Source of the DNA: Vulcanimicrobiota bacterium
GTDB lineage: Bacteria > Vulcanimicrobiota > Vulcanimicrobiia > Vulcanimicrobiales > Vulcanimicrobiaceae
Reading direction: 5' to 3'
NCBI GenBank assembly: GCA_963733295.1
Contig: CAVTCS010000001.1
Coordinates: 1-27,317 of the forward strand
DNA: 27,317 bases
Part shown: positions 1-9,396 of the stretch, piece after piece
Layout: each line of letters begins with the position of its first letter
Position numbering within the stretch: position 1 is the stretch's first letter
Position numbers and translations under genes: made by a program
The notes under the pieces: model-generated
Told to the model about the DNA's origin: nothing
Databases searched by the model: none
Seen by the model: the letters and a program-made list of their open reading frames with translations, nothing else

Positions 1-140
1 GAGGCCTCGAGACCGCTGCGCGTCCCGACGAACAAAACCTCGAGCGGCGCGAACGACGCGTCCTCGCCGAGCGCTTCGGCAATCGCGAGCGCCGGATACA
101 CGTGGCCGCCGGTTCCACCTCCGGTGAGCAACAGTTTCAC
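1..140 (-). CDS. murG: MurG, lipid II GlcNAc transferase (5' part only, runs off the window)
   Basis: Not in the ORF track. Manual translation from GTG at 140 gives [24 protein letters not shown], the MurG GGTGGH motif. GTGA overlap with the ftsW stop, canonical dcw position. Confidence 0.93.
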   Translation of the reverse strand, partial: MKLLLTGGGTGGHVYPALAIAEALGEDASFAPLEVLFVGTRSGLEA

Positions 141-1251
141 TCCCGCTGCAGGCGGCGGTGACGCCCGACGTTGACCACCAGCGCGACGGCTACCAGCGAT
201 GTGACGAGCGACGATCCTCCGAACGAGATGAACGGCAACGGAACGCCCGTCACCGGCCACGACGACGTCACGACACCCAGGTTCACGAAGGCTTGAATCA
301 CGATCGTCGTCATGCACCCGATGGCCAGCAGAAACCCGAACCGATCGGGTGCTTGCAGCGCGATGCGGCACGCGCGGTAAGCGAAGACCACGAAGAGCAC
401 GACGATCAGAGCGAGTCCCACGAAGCCCAACTCTTCGCCGATGATCGCGGCGATGAAATCGGTGGCCGCTTCGGGTAAGTAGAAAAACTTCTGACGCGAG
501 AAGCCGAGTCCGAGGCCGGTCAATCCACCGCTGCCGAGCGCCATTAACGACTGCACGATGTGAAAGCCCTTGTCGACGGGATCGGCCCAGGGGTTGATGA
601 AGGCGGAGACGCGCGCGAGCTTGTACGGGTCGTGCTTGATCAAGGCGGCGACGCCCAGCAGAAGCGTCAAGCCGACCACCGCCAGGTAGGTCGGCCGCGC
701 ACCCGCGACGAAGAGCATGACGGCGGCGGTGAACGTGAGCAGGCTCGCCGTTCCGAGGTCCGGTTCCTTGACGACCAGCACCGCCATCAACAAGGTCACG
801 AAGGCGAGCGGAAACACGCCCTGCGTGAACGAGCGATCCGCTCGCCCTTCGCGCTCAGCGCGGATGCGAGGTAGAGCACGAGAGCGAGTTTCGCGAACTC
901 GGAAGGTTCGAACGACAGCGGACCGAGTCCGATCCAGCGGTGCGCTCCGCCGACGTAGACGCCCACGTGCGGAACGAAGACCAGCAGCAACGACACGATG
1001 CACAGGCCGAGAAAAAGCGGCGCCAGACCGCGCAAGCGCCGGTAATCGACGCGGTAGGCGAGCAGCGCCACGCCCAGCCCGGCGACGAGCCACGCGAGCT
1101 GGCGCTTGAGGAAAAAAGCCGCGTCTTGATGCAGCGCGACCGCGTAGGCGCTCGAGGCGCTGAAGACCATCGTCACGCCGAGCGCGACGAGCAATCCGAC
1201 GGCGGCGACGAGGATCGTGTCGGGAGGCCCCTTCGCCGCGCTCTCATCCAT
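137..1251 (-). CDS. ftsW: FtsW, SEDS peptidoglycan polymerase (one apparent -1 frameshift near 835)
   Basis: N-half (MDESAAK...[19 protein letters not shown]) is in ORF 796..1455. C-half (EPDLGT...LPEAATDFI...[13 protein letters not shown]) is in ORF 137..1093. The frames join at ATC-(C)GC-TCG-TTC if one C is restored. Confidence 0.93.
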
Positions 1252-2647
1252 GCGCGGCCGCCGCGATCCCGTTGACGGCGCGTGCGAACGCGTCGCCACG
1301 CGCTTCCGCCGAGGAGAACATGTCGAACGAGGCACAGCCCGGCGAGAGCAGCACGACGTCGCCCCGCTCGGCGAGACGGCGCGCGGCGTCGACGGCTTCT
1401 TCCATCGAACCGGCGCGGACGCTCGCTGCCGGCGCGACCGCGGTTTCGATCTCACCGGCCGCCTCGCCGATCAGCACGACGTTCTTGACGCGGCGCCGCA
1501 AGGTTTCCGCCATCGCGCGAAAGTCGGTCCGCTTCGACTTTCCGCCGGCGATCAGCACGATCGGACGATCGAACGACTCGAGTGCGGCCACGACGGAGCC
1601 TGGGTTCGTCGACTTGGAATCGTCGACGTAGAGCACGCCCCCCAATTCGGTGACGTGCTGCAGGCGGTGCGGCAACGGCTCGAACTCGCGCACCGCGGCG
1701 CGCAGAGCCTCGGGATCGAGTCCCGCCGCGAGGCCGACGAGGATTGCCGCCAAGACGTTCGAGACGTTGTGCCGTCCTTGCAGCGGAATCTCCGCGACCG
1801 GCATGATTTCGACCGGACGCGGATCGCCCCACGGCGGCGCGTAAGTGATGCGCTCGTGGCGCACGTAGAGCGTCGTCATGCGACGCGGGCTCAGGCCGAA
1901 CCAGAGCGCGCGCGAAGGGATGCGGTTTGCAAACTCGCCCTCGGCGAGCGGGCCGATCAGCGGGTCGTCGAGGTTCCCGACGAAGGTGTCGCCCGGTCCT
2001 TGATTGGCGAAGATGCGCAACTTCGCTTCGGCGTACTCGTCCATCGAATGATAGCGGTCGAGGTGATCCGGCGAAAGGTTCAGGATCGCCGCGATCCGCG
2101 GCTTGAACGAGCGGATCGACTCGAGCTGGAACGACGAAACCTCGGCGATGACCCAATCCTCGGGTTCCGCAACGAACGTTTCGTCGATCAAGGCGTTGCC
2201 GATATTGCCACCGACGTGCGTCGTCTTCCCGGCGCGGCGAAACTCCGCTCCGATCAGCGCGGTGGTCGTCGTCTTGCCCTTGGTTCCGGTGAGCGCGACG
2301 ATCGGCGCCTTGCAGATGCGGTAAGCGACTTCGATCTCGGAATAGACCGGCACGCGCGCGCTTTGCACGCGCCGCACGAGCTCGCCGTTGAGCGGAATGC
2401 CGGGCGAAAGCACCGCCGACGTCAGCTGCGGCAGCACGCTGCCGAGGTCGGACGGCGTGACGAAGCGGACTCCGGCACGCTCGAGCTCCTGGGCCAGGTC
2501 ACGCAAGAGTTCGGGGTCCTTTTCGTCGGTCGCGTAGACCGTCGCGCCGCGCGCTCGCAAAACGCCGCAGCTCGCGATGCCGCTGCGTCCGAGGCCGATG
2601 ACCAGCACGCACTCGCGTGCGTCGAACGAACCGCCTTGCGGACTCAT
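1244..2647 (-). CDS. murD: UDP-N-acetylmuramoyl-L-alanine--D-glutamate ligase
   Basis: GLGRSG, GTKGKTTT P-loop, GNIG, EVSSFQL, DHLDRY, DDSKSTN and SPGCASFDMF motifs. Lies between mraY and ftsW. Confidence 0.96.
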   Translation of the reverse strand: MSPQGGSFDARECVLVIGLGRSGIASCGVLRARGATVYATDEKDPELLRDLAQELERAGVRFVTPSDLGSVLPQLTSAVLSPGIPLNGELVRRVQSARVPVYSEIEVAYRICKAPIVALTGTKGKTTTTALIGAEFRRAGKTTHVGGNIGNALIDETFVAEPEDWVIAEVSSFQLESIRSFKPRIAAILNLSPDHLDRYHSMDEYAEAKLRIFANQGPGDTFVGNLDDPLIGPLAEGEFANRIPSRALWFGLSPRRMTTLYVRHERITYAPPWGDPRPVEIMPVAEIPLQGRHNVSNVLAAILVGLAAGLDPEALRAAVREFEPLPHRLQHVTELGGVLYVDDSKSTNPGSVVAALESFDRPIVLIAGGKSKRTDFRAMAETLRRRVKNVVLIGEAAGEIETAVAPAASVRAGSMEEAVDAARRLAERGDVVLLSPGCASFDMFSSAEARGDAFARAVNGIAAAAHG

Positions 2648-3606
2648 CGGGCGATCGCGGCGCCGGCGAGCGAGAGCAAGGCCGAGGCCGTCCAGAACCG
2701 GCGCGCGACCTTCGTCTCGGGCCAGCCGCCGAGCTCGAAGTGATGGTGGAGCGGACTCATGCGAAAGATTCGTTTTCTCGTCGTTTTAAAGTAGGCAACT
2801 TGGATGATGACCGAGAGCGTTTCGGCAGCGAACACGCCGCCGATGAGCGGGAGTAAGAGTTGCGATCCGGTGAGAACGGCGCTGCCGGCGAGAATGCCGC
2901 CCAGCGCGAGCGCGCCGGTGTCGCCCATGATGACGCGCGCCGGATGACGATTGAAGAACAGAAATCCGAACACCGCACCGGCGAGCGCGAGGTCGATGAA
3001 CGCTACGCCCGGCGTTCCGGCGTGCCAGGCGAGCCAAGCGACCACCAGCAGCGGCGGCAACACCGTACCGCTCGCCAGACCATCGACCCCGTCGGTGAGG
3101 TTGACGGCGTGCGTGGTCGCCACGACCGCGCAAAGGCCCAGCGCATACCATAGCCAGTGCGGCGCGTGCACTGCAAAGCTCCCCCACGTGAAGATAACGT
3201 CCCGCAGCGGCGCGGCGACGACGCGCTCGGCGAGAGCGAGAAAGAGGACGCCCGCAAGCGCCGTCAGTAAGAATTTCGTGCGTCCGCGCAAGCCGCGATT
3301 CCGGCCGCCGCGAATCGAGATGAGATCGTCGGCCAGGCCGATCAGGCCGCAGAGTATGCCGAGCCCGGCCAGCGCGGCGCCCGCAGGATCGGGCCGCCAC
3401 GCAACGGCGAGGACGAGAGCCAGCAGAAAGAGCAGGCCGCCCATCGTGGGCGTACCGGTCTTGCGCGCGTGCGACTTTGGCGCATCCTCGTTGGCGTGCT
3501 GGCCCAGCGCAGCGCGGCGCAGGTAGGCGATCAGCGGATTGCCGAGCGCGAGCGTCAACGCGAAGCTCGTAGCGCCGAGCAGCAGCGCACTCCAAAGCTC
3601 GTTCAT
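2644..3606 (-). CDS. mraY: Phospho-N-acetylmuramoyl-pentapeptide transferase
   Basis: KTGTPTMGG, DD, NLTDGVDGL, MGDTG and MSPLHHHFE motifs, multiple TM segments. Real start taken as ATG 3606 (MNELW), which overlaps the upstream stop as ATGA. Confidence 0.95.
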   Translation of the reverse strand: MNELWSALLLGATSFALTLALGNPLIAYLRRAALGQHANEDAPKSHARKTGTPTMGGLLFLLALVLAVAWRPDPAGAALAGLGILCGLIGLADDLISIRGGRNRGLRGRTKFLLTALAGVLFLALAERVVAAPLRDVIFTWGSFAVHAPHWLWYALGLCAVVATTHAVNLTDGVDGLASGTVLPPLLVVAWLAWHAGTPGVAFIDLALAGAVFGFLFFNRHPARVIMGDTGALALGGILAGSAVLTGSQLLLPLIGGVFAAETLSVIIQVAYFKTTRKRIFRMSPLHHHFELGGWPETKVARRFWTASALLSLAGAAIAR

Positions 3607-4331
3607 GCTGCCGCTCCGGCGAGCGGCGAGGGATCCGGCCCGCGCCAGGCGAGCACGACGATCGGCGTTTGCTCGTCGCCGTTTCCGTGCGGGTTCGTTT
3701 CGAGCGCGGCACGAACGCGCTCGCGCGCGACGCCCGGCGAGGCGCCCAAGATCTTCGCAATACCGAGGTCGTTTGCGTCGACGACGACCGCGTGCGTGCC
3801 GGCGCGTTCGGCGAGTAGGGCGGCGACGCGTTCGGGATCCTCCGGGCCGAGAACGATCGTCCGCTCGAAGGGCGGCAGCGTTCCGGTGTAGCCGTCGATT
3901 GCCGAGATCGTTTCGCCGAGGATGCGGTAGAAGACGCCACGTTGACCGGCCAGGCGGCCGGCTACGTGCGCGCCTGCGGCCACGACGACCTTCCACGCTC
4001 CGGCTTGGTCGATCACGAGCTGCAGCGATTCAGGCTGGTTGACGGTCGCGAGCGCGCCGGCGCGGCGCGACAGAAAGTATGCGAGCGGGCTCGGGCGGAT
4101 CGTTTCGGCTGCAATCGCGCGGCCTTGCGCGATCGCGACCGCCGTTTCCGAAACCGCGACGACGTCGCCCGGGCGCGCGATCCCGGCCACCGCCTCCGCG
4201 ACGACGCGCGTCACGTCGTCGCCGGCGCGCACCAGCCGCGTGCGCACGGGAATCGCGACCAGCTGCGCAGCGAAGGGCGCCCGTCGCGTCGCCGGAGCCG
4301 ATCGTCCGATGACGGTAACCGCTTCAGGCAT
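3603..4331 (-). CDS. CofE / F420-0:gamma-glutamyl ligase-family protein (about 242 aa), function unknown
   Basis: Start ATG 4331 (MPEAV) inside the 3' end of murF. Motifs IPVRT..V..GDD, GDVVAVSETAVAIAQGR, IDG..G..PP, VVDANDLG and NPHGNGDEQTPIVV match the bacterial F420-ligase-like family as I recall it. Confidence 0.8.
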   Translation of the reverse strand: MPEAVTVIGRSAPATRRAPFAAQLVAIPVRTRLVRAGDDVTRVVAEAVAGIARPGDVVAVSETAVAIAQGRAIAAETIRPSPLAYFLSRRAGALATVNQPESLQLVIDQAGAWKVVVAAGAHVAGRLAGQRGVFYRILGETISAIDGYTGTLPPFERTIVLGPEDPERVAALLAERAGTHAVVVDANDLGIAKILGASPGVARERVRAALETNPHGNGDEQTPIVVLAWRGPDPSPLAGAAA

Positions 4332-5712
4332 AGACGGCGCGCAGCCCTTCGCGGATTTCCTCGAGTTTGTATTTGCGCGATCCCTTGAGCAGGACCAAGT
4401 CGCCGGATTGCGCCCGCTCGCGCAAGAGCGCGATCGCCTCCGCGTTGCTCGCGTAGCGGAGCAGGTTCTGCGCGGGGAAGCCGGCCGAGCGGGCACCGCG
4501 TTCGAGCTCGTCGGCGAAGTCGCCGCCGACCAAGAGCAGCGCGAGCCCCGAGTCTGCCGCTGCGGCACCGACGCGCTCGTGCATCGCGGCGGCATCGTCG
4601 CCGAGTTCCGCCATTCCGCCCAGCACCGCGATGCGGTGCGCGGCGCTTTCGCGAGCGAACGATTGGAGCGTCGCGAGCGTCCCGCTCATCGACGCGTTGT
4701 AAGCGTCGTAGATAACCTCGAAGTCACCGATCGCGGAGCGGTCGTAGCGTCCCTCGGGCAAAGCGAGTCGCCCGATCGCTTCGGCGACGCGTTCCGCCGC
4801 AACGCCGAACGCGAGCGCGCCGGCGGCGGCCGCGGCGAGGTTCGCCAGGTTGTGGTCCCCGGGCAAGTCGCACGAAATCTCGAAGGAGCGCGTGCCTGAC
4901 GGTTCGTGCACGACCAGCCGTTCGCGGCCGACGAGCAGCGTCTGACGCGCACCGAGCGGTTCGTGCCCCGCCGGATCGCTCGCCCGCACCGCGAACCACT
5001 CGACGTTCTCGCCCAGTGAAGAGGTGCGCCGGCGCGAGACGACGTCGTCGAAATTCAGGACCGGTAACGCCCCGGTTGCGAAGATGCCCCATTTCGTCTG
5101 CGCGAGACGCTCGGGCGATCCCATGATCTCGAGGTGAGCGTCGCCGATGTTGGTCAGGATCGCGACGTCGGGAAGCGCGGCCCGCGCGAGCGGCTCGATC
5201 TCGCCGAAATGGCGCGCGCCGAATTCGACGACCGCCGCGGCGACGCTCTGGTCGAGTCCGAGCAAGAGCTTCGCGACGCCGAATTCGTTGTTTTCGTTGG
5301 CATGCGAGGCCACGACCCTTCCGTCTAACGTACGCTCCAGCAGTTGCGCCAGGAGCGCTTTGGTCGTGGTCTTGCCGACGCTGCCGGTGATTGCCACAAC
5401 CTTCGCGCGCGAGCGCAGCCGCGCGAGCCGCGCGAACTCGAGGAGCGCGACGGTCGTGTCGGGCACGAGCAGCGCGGGCGCGCCGGCCGGAACCGCCGCG
5501 AAGTCGGCGACGACGAGCGCCGCCGCGCCTCGCGCGACGGCCTGCGCCGCGAACGCGTGACCGTCGAACGTCGCACCGCGCAAAGCGATGAAGACGTCGC
5601 CGGGCTCGAGCGTCCGCGTGTCGGTCGAGATGCGGAACTCGGCGGGCAAGTTCGCGCCGCTGAGGACGCGCGCCCCACACGCGGCGACGGCAGCCTCGCG
5701 CTCGATCGTCAT
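4324..5712 (-). CDS. murF: UDP-N-acetylmuramoyl-tripeptide--D-alanyl-D-alanine ligase
   Basis: DTR, FDGH, ITGSVGKTTTK, NNEFG, DAYNAS, GGMAELG and LKGSR motifs. ATGA overlap with murE. Confidence 0.95.
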   Translation of the reverse strand: MTIEREAAVAACGARVLSGANLPAEFRISTDTRTLEPGDVFIALRGATFDGHAFAAQAVARGAAALVVADFAAVPAGAPALLVPDTTVALLEFARLARLRSRAKVVAITGSVGKTTTKALLAQLLERTLDGRVVASHANENNEFGVAKLLLGLDQSVAAAVVEFGARHFGEIEPLARAALPDVAILTNIGDAHLEIMGSPERLAQTKWGIFATGALPVLNFDDVVSRRRTSSLGENVEWFAVRASDPAGHEPLGARQTLLVGRERLVVHEPSGTRSFEISCDLPGDHNLANLAAAAAGALAFGVAAERVAEAIGRLALPEGRYDRSAIGDFEVIYDAYNASMSGTLATLQSFARESAAHRIAVLGGMAELGDDAAAMHERVGAAAADSGLALLLVGGDFADELERGARSAGFPAQNLLRYASNAEAIALLRERAQSGDLVLLKGSRKYKLEEIREGLRAVYA

Positions 5713-7187
5713 TCTGCCTCCGGGCGCGCCGCAAGCGCGCCGCGAACTTCGTCGCGATCGTCGAAGTGGAGGACTCTCTCGCCGACGATTTGATACGTTT
5801 CGTGGCCCTTGCCGGCGACGACGACGGTGTCGCCGGGCCGCGCTTCGTCGACGGCCTTTCGAATTGCGGCGCGCCGGTCGAGCTCGACGCTCACCGAGCT
5901 ACGGTCGTCGATGCCGGCGAGGATTTCGTCCACGATCGCCGCGGGCTCTTCGCCGCGCGGATTGTCGCTCGTTACGATCGTACGATCGGCCAGCGCCGTA
6001 GCGATGCGCCCCATCTCCGCACGCTTTCCCCGGTCGCGGTCGCCGCCGCAGCCGAACACCGCGATCACCGAACCGCGCGAGGTTTCGCGAACGGCCATCA
6101 GCACCGCCGCCAGCGCGTCAGGCGTGTGAGCGTAGTCGACCACGACCCCGACGCCGGCAGCCTCGAAACTCTCCATGCGGCCGGGAACCGGTTCGGTTTG
6201 CGCCAGCGCGCGCGCGCTGACGCGATCTTCGACCCCGAAGCGCCGCGCGACGCAGATCGCGGCGAGCGCGTTCGAAACGTTGAAGCGCCCGGGCAGCGGC
6301 AGCTCGACGCGCAGACCGTCCAGCGTGAAGCTGCTGCGATTCGCATCGAGCGCGACGTCGACGGCGCGGACCTCCGCGCGTACGCCGAGACCGTAGGTCC
6401 GAACGTTCGCCGCGGGCAACTCGGCGGCCCACTCTCGTCCGAGCGGATCGTCGGCGTTGAAGATCGAGAACGCAGCGCGTTCGAAGAGCGTACGCTTTGC
6501 CGCGGCATAAGCTTCGAAGGTCTTGTGAAAATCCAGGTGATCGTGCGTCACGTTGGTCAGCACCGCGACGTCGACCTCGACGTCCCGCGCGCGATCGAGC
6601 GCTAAGGCGTGAGAACTCATTTCGAGCACGACGGCCGCCGCGCCGCGGTCGCGCATCTCGGCCAGCAACATCTGCAATTCGAGCGCGAGCGGCGTCGTGT
6701 TGTCGAGCGACCACATCGCCCCGCCGAACTGCGCGCCGAGCGTTCCGATGCGGCCGCAGCGCGTTCCGCTCGCTTCGAGTATTCGCTGGACGAGATGCGT
6801 CGTCGTCGTCTTGCCGTTCGTGCCCGTTATGCCGGCGATCTCGAGGGCATCGGAGGGACGTCCGTAAAACGCGGCCGCGAGTTGCGAGAGCGCGCGCCGC
6901 GTATCGTGAACGACGACGGCCGTGACGCCCTCCGGTATTTCGTGTGCCGCGGCGAAAGCGGCATCGACCACGACCACCTGCGCGCCCGCCTCGACCGCCC
7001 GGGCCACGTACGCGTGCCCGTCCAAACGCTCGCCGCGCAAGGCAACGAAGACCGCACCCGGGCGAACCGCGCGCGAATCGTGAACGAGCGAGGCCACGGC
7101 GCGTTCCGTGGTGCCGGCGACGCGCGCGCCGTCGAGCGACGCGAGCAGTGGTGCCAATTCGACGGTGCGGGCGGAGGCCTGGGTCAT
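5709..7187 (-). CDS. murE: UDP-N-acetylmuramoyl-L-alanyl-D-glutamate--2,6-diaminopimelate ligase
   Basis: GTNGKTTT, NTTP, EMSSH, DHLDFH, DYAHTPD, FGCGGDRD and GKGHE motifs. The DNPR motif indicates meso-DAP specificity. Confidence 0.96.
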   Translation of the reverse strand: MTQASARTVELAPLLASLDGARVAGTTERAVASLVHDSRAVRPGAVFVALRGERLDGHAYVARAVEAGAQVVVVDAAFAAAHEIPEGVTAVVVHDTRRALSQLAAAFYGRPSDALEIAGITGTNGKTTTTHLVQRILEASGTRCGRIGTLGAQFGGAMWSLDNTTPLALELQMLLAEMRDRGAAAVVLEMSSHALALDRARDVEVDVAVLTNVTHDHLDFHKTFEAYAAAKRTLFERAAFSIFNADDPLGREWAAELPAANVRTYGLGVRAEVRAVDVALDANRSSFTLDGLRVELPLPGRFNVSNALAAICVARRFGVEDRVSARALAQTEPVPGRMESFEAAGVGVVVDYAHTPDALAAVLMAVRETSRGSVIAVFGCGGDRDRGKRAEMGRIATALADRTIVTSDNPRGEEPAAIVDEILAGIDDRSSVSVELDRRAAIRKAVDEARPGDTVVVAGKGHETYQIVGERVLHFDDRDEVRGALAARPEAE

Positions 7188-8974
7188 GGGTGTGACTTCG
7201 ACGCGGGCGCCGCGCTCACCAAGCGGTCGATGCGGGGAAGGATGCCGGCGTGCAGCATCGCCAGCCGGCCGATTTCGGCAAAGGCGGGGGCCGCGACGAC
7301 CGAGCCGTAGATGGCGCCCACGGGGCGCTCGATCTTGACCAGAATCACGTAGCGCGGCGACACCGCCGGAATCATTCCGATGAACGAGGCGACGTACAGG
7401 CCGGGAACGTAGGCGCCGTTTTCCGCGATTTGGGCCGTCCCCGTCTTACCGGCGGTCGTGTATCCGGGAATCTGCGCAGTGGGATTCCCGGTTCCGCGCG
7501 TCACGACGGTTCGCATGAAACCGCGCAGTGTCGCCGCCGTTGCGGCGGAGATCGCGCGGCGCTCGACCTCGCTGCCGTAGCGGTAGACGACGTTGCCGCG
7601 ATCGTCGAGAATTTCGGAAGCGATGCGCGGCCTCAGGAGCATTCCCCCGTTCGCGATCGCACAGTAAGCGCGAGCCATCGCCAGCGGCGTCGTCGCGATG
7701 CCGTGGCCGAACGAAATCGTCGGTAAGGTCGTGTCGCCCCAGCTCGGGAGGGGCGGAACGATTCCGGGATTCTCGCCAGGCAGATCGACCTCGGTCGGTT
7801 GGCCAAAGCCGAAAGCCCGAATCGCGCGCATCATCGCGCGCGGTCCGATTGCGAGGCCGACTTCGGCGGCTCCGACGTTGTGCGAGTAGTCGACGATCTG
7901 TTCGAGCGTCTCGCCGTTGCTGCTCGCGGCGAGAAAGCCGTCCTCCGCATTATGGATGACGTGCGAGCCGATCCGCATCTCGTCGCGCGCGGGGAAAAGA
8001 CGGGTTAAGCTGACCTTACCGCTCTCGAGCGCCGCAGCTGCCGTTATCAGCTTGAAGGTGGAACCGGGTTCGTAGGCGTCGGTGACCGCGCGGTCGCGGC
8101 GTTCGTCGGGCGTGTAGCGGGCGAACTGGCGCGCATCGTAATCCGGTGAATTCGCAAGCGCCAAGATCTCGCCGGTCCACGGATTCATGACGATCGCCGA
8201 ACCGCTGCGTGCGTGCCACTTCGCGACCGTTTCGTGCAAGATTCGCTCCACGCTGTACTGCAAGTACGAATCGAGCGTCAAGACCAGACTGTGACCGGCG
8301 CGCGCGGGCGCGATCACGTGCGGCGGCGCGAACGGAAGGGCGCGTCCGAATTGATCGGTTTCGAGCGACATCTCGCCGGGCGTTCCGCGCAAGATGCCGT
8401 CGAACTCGTACTCGATGCCCTCCAGACCGTTCTCGTCGATGCCGGTGAAACCGATCAGCGTCGAAGCCAGCCGTCCGGCCGGAACGAAGCGAATTCCGGT
8501 GTTCTCCGGTACGATGCTGATGCCGTCGAGCGAGCGGGTCGCGATCCGATCGGCGACTGCGCTCGGAACCTTCCGTTCGATCACGACGTAGGAGTCGCGC
8601 GAGCGCAGGCGCTGCTCGACGAAAGGCTCCGGCAGGCCGACCAGCGGCGCCAGCACGCGTGCCGTCTTTTCCTTGTCGCGAACGTCGGCGGTGCTCGCGT
8701 AAACGCTCTGCGAGGGCACCGACCGGACCAGAACGACGCCGTTGCGATCGTAGATCGCGCCGCGCCGCGCCACCAGGTCGACCGTCCGCAGACGCTGCTC
8801 GTAAGCGCGGTGCGCGAGCCACGGTCCCTGGCGAATTTGGACGACGTAAAGCCGCCAGATCAAGAAGCCGGCGACGATCGCGAGAAGATAAAACGCGACC
8901 TTTGCCCGCCAGCGGCTCGTGCGCTCGAGCGCCGCGGCGGGACGGCGCGCGACGTAGGGGCGCGCCGGGTTCAA
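7184..8974 (-). CDS. ftsI: Class B penicillin-binding protein (FtsI-like transpeptidase)
   Basis: N-terminal TM, RG.IYDRNG, GLEGIE, EPGSTFK (SxxK), SHN (SxN) and KTG motifs. TTG start overlaps the upstream stop as TTGA. Confidence 0.92.
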   Translation of the reverse strand: MNPARPYVARRPAAALERTSRWRAKVAFYLLAIVAGFLIWRLYVVQIRQGPWLAHRAYEQRLRTVDLVARRGAIYDRNGVVLVRSVPSQSVYASTADVRDKEKTARVLAPLVGLPEPFVEQRLRSRDSYVVIERKVPSAVADRIATRSLDGISIVPENTGIRFVPAGRLASTLIGFTGIDENGLEGIEYEFDGILRGTPGEMSLETDQFGRALPFAPPHVIAPARAGHSLVLTLDSYLQYSVERILHETVAKWHARSGSAIVMNPWTGEILALANSPDYDARQFARYTPDERRDRAVTDAYEPGSTFKLITAAAALESGKVSLTRLFPARDEMRIGSHVIHNAEDGFLAASSNGETLEQIVDYSHNVGAAEVGLAIGPRAMMRAIRAFGFGQPTEVDLPGENPGIVPPLPSWGDTTLPTISFGHGIATTPLAMARAYCAIANGGMLLRPRIASEILDDRGNVVYRYGSEVERRAISAATAATLRGFMRTVVTRGTGNPTAQIPGYTTAGKTGTAQIAENGAYVPGLYVASFIGMIPAVSPRYVILVKIERPVGAIYGSVVAAPAFAEIGRLAMLHAGILPRIDRLVSAAPASKSHP

Positions 8975-9396
8975 TGGAGCCAGGCGGTAAGCGAGGCGAG
9001 AAACGTGCCGCCGTGCGCCGGCGCCGGAGGTTCGGGTAACCGCGCGACGCTGAGCGTCGCGCTTTCCTTCATGCCGAGATCCTTGGCGATGCGCGCCAGA
9101 CGTTCGCGCGACTCGAGCGTCTCGAGCCGTTCGTCGAGGCGCGTCGTTTCCTCGATCAAGCGCGCCCGCGACTGCGCGTCGCGCGTCAACTGGTAACTCA
9201 TCCGCGTCACGTTGGCCATCAGTCCGAGGTAGACGACGACGCAGATCGTCAGCAAGCTGAGCGTTGCGACGATCTGGACGGCTACGGAGTAGCGCTCGCG
9301 GCGGCTGCGTGCCCGGCGCCGGGTCACCGCGCCGCGACCCGCGCGCGAGCCGGTTCGCGGACGTACATCCGGCTCGGGTAGCGACCGCGCGATCAT
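8971..9396 (-). CDS. ftsL: FtsL-like cell division protein
   Basis: Basic N-terminus, single TM, coiled coil ending LESRERLARIAKDLGM. Lies between rsmH and ftsI. Confidence 0.75.
   Translation of the reverse strand: MIARSLPEPDVRPRTGSRAGRGAVTRRRARSRRERYSVAVQIVATLSLLTICVVVYLGLMANVTRMSYQLTRDAQSRARLIEETTRLDERLETLESRERLARIAKDLGMKESATLSVARLPEPPAPAHGGTFLASLTAWLH

Noticed and set aside
830..840. Programmed frameshifting or phase variation in ftsW, coxA or narH
   Set aside because: No slippery heptamer or long homopolymer/SSR at the junctions. Sequencing error is simpler.
3607..4595. N-terminal extensions of the mraY (to 3996) and CofE-like (to 4595) ORFs, suggesting fusions
   Set aside because: The extensions are off-frame readings of the upstream genes. 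Coupled ATG starts exist at 3606 and 4331.
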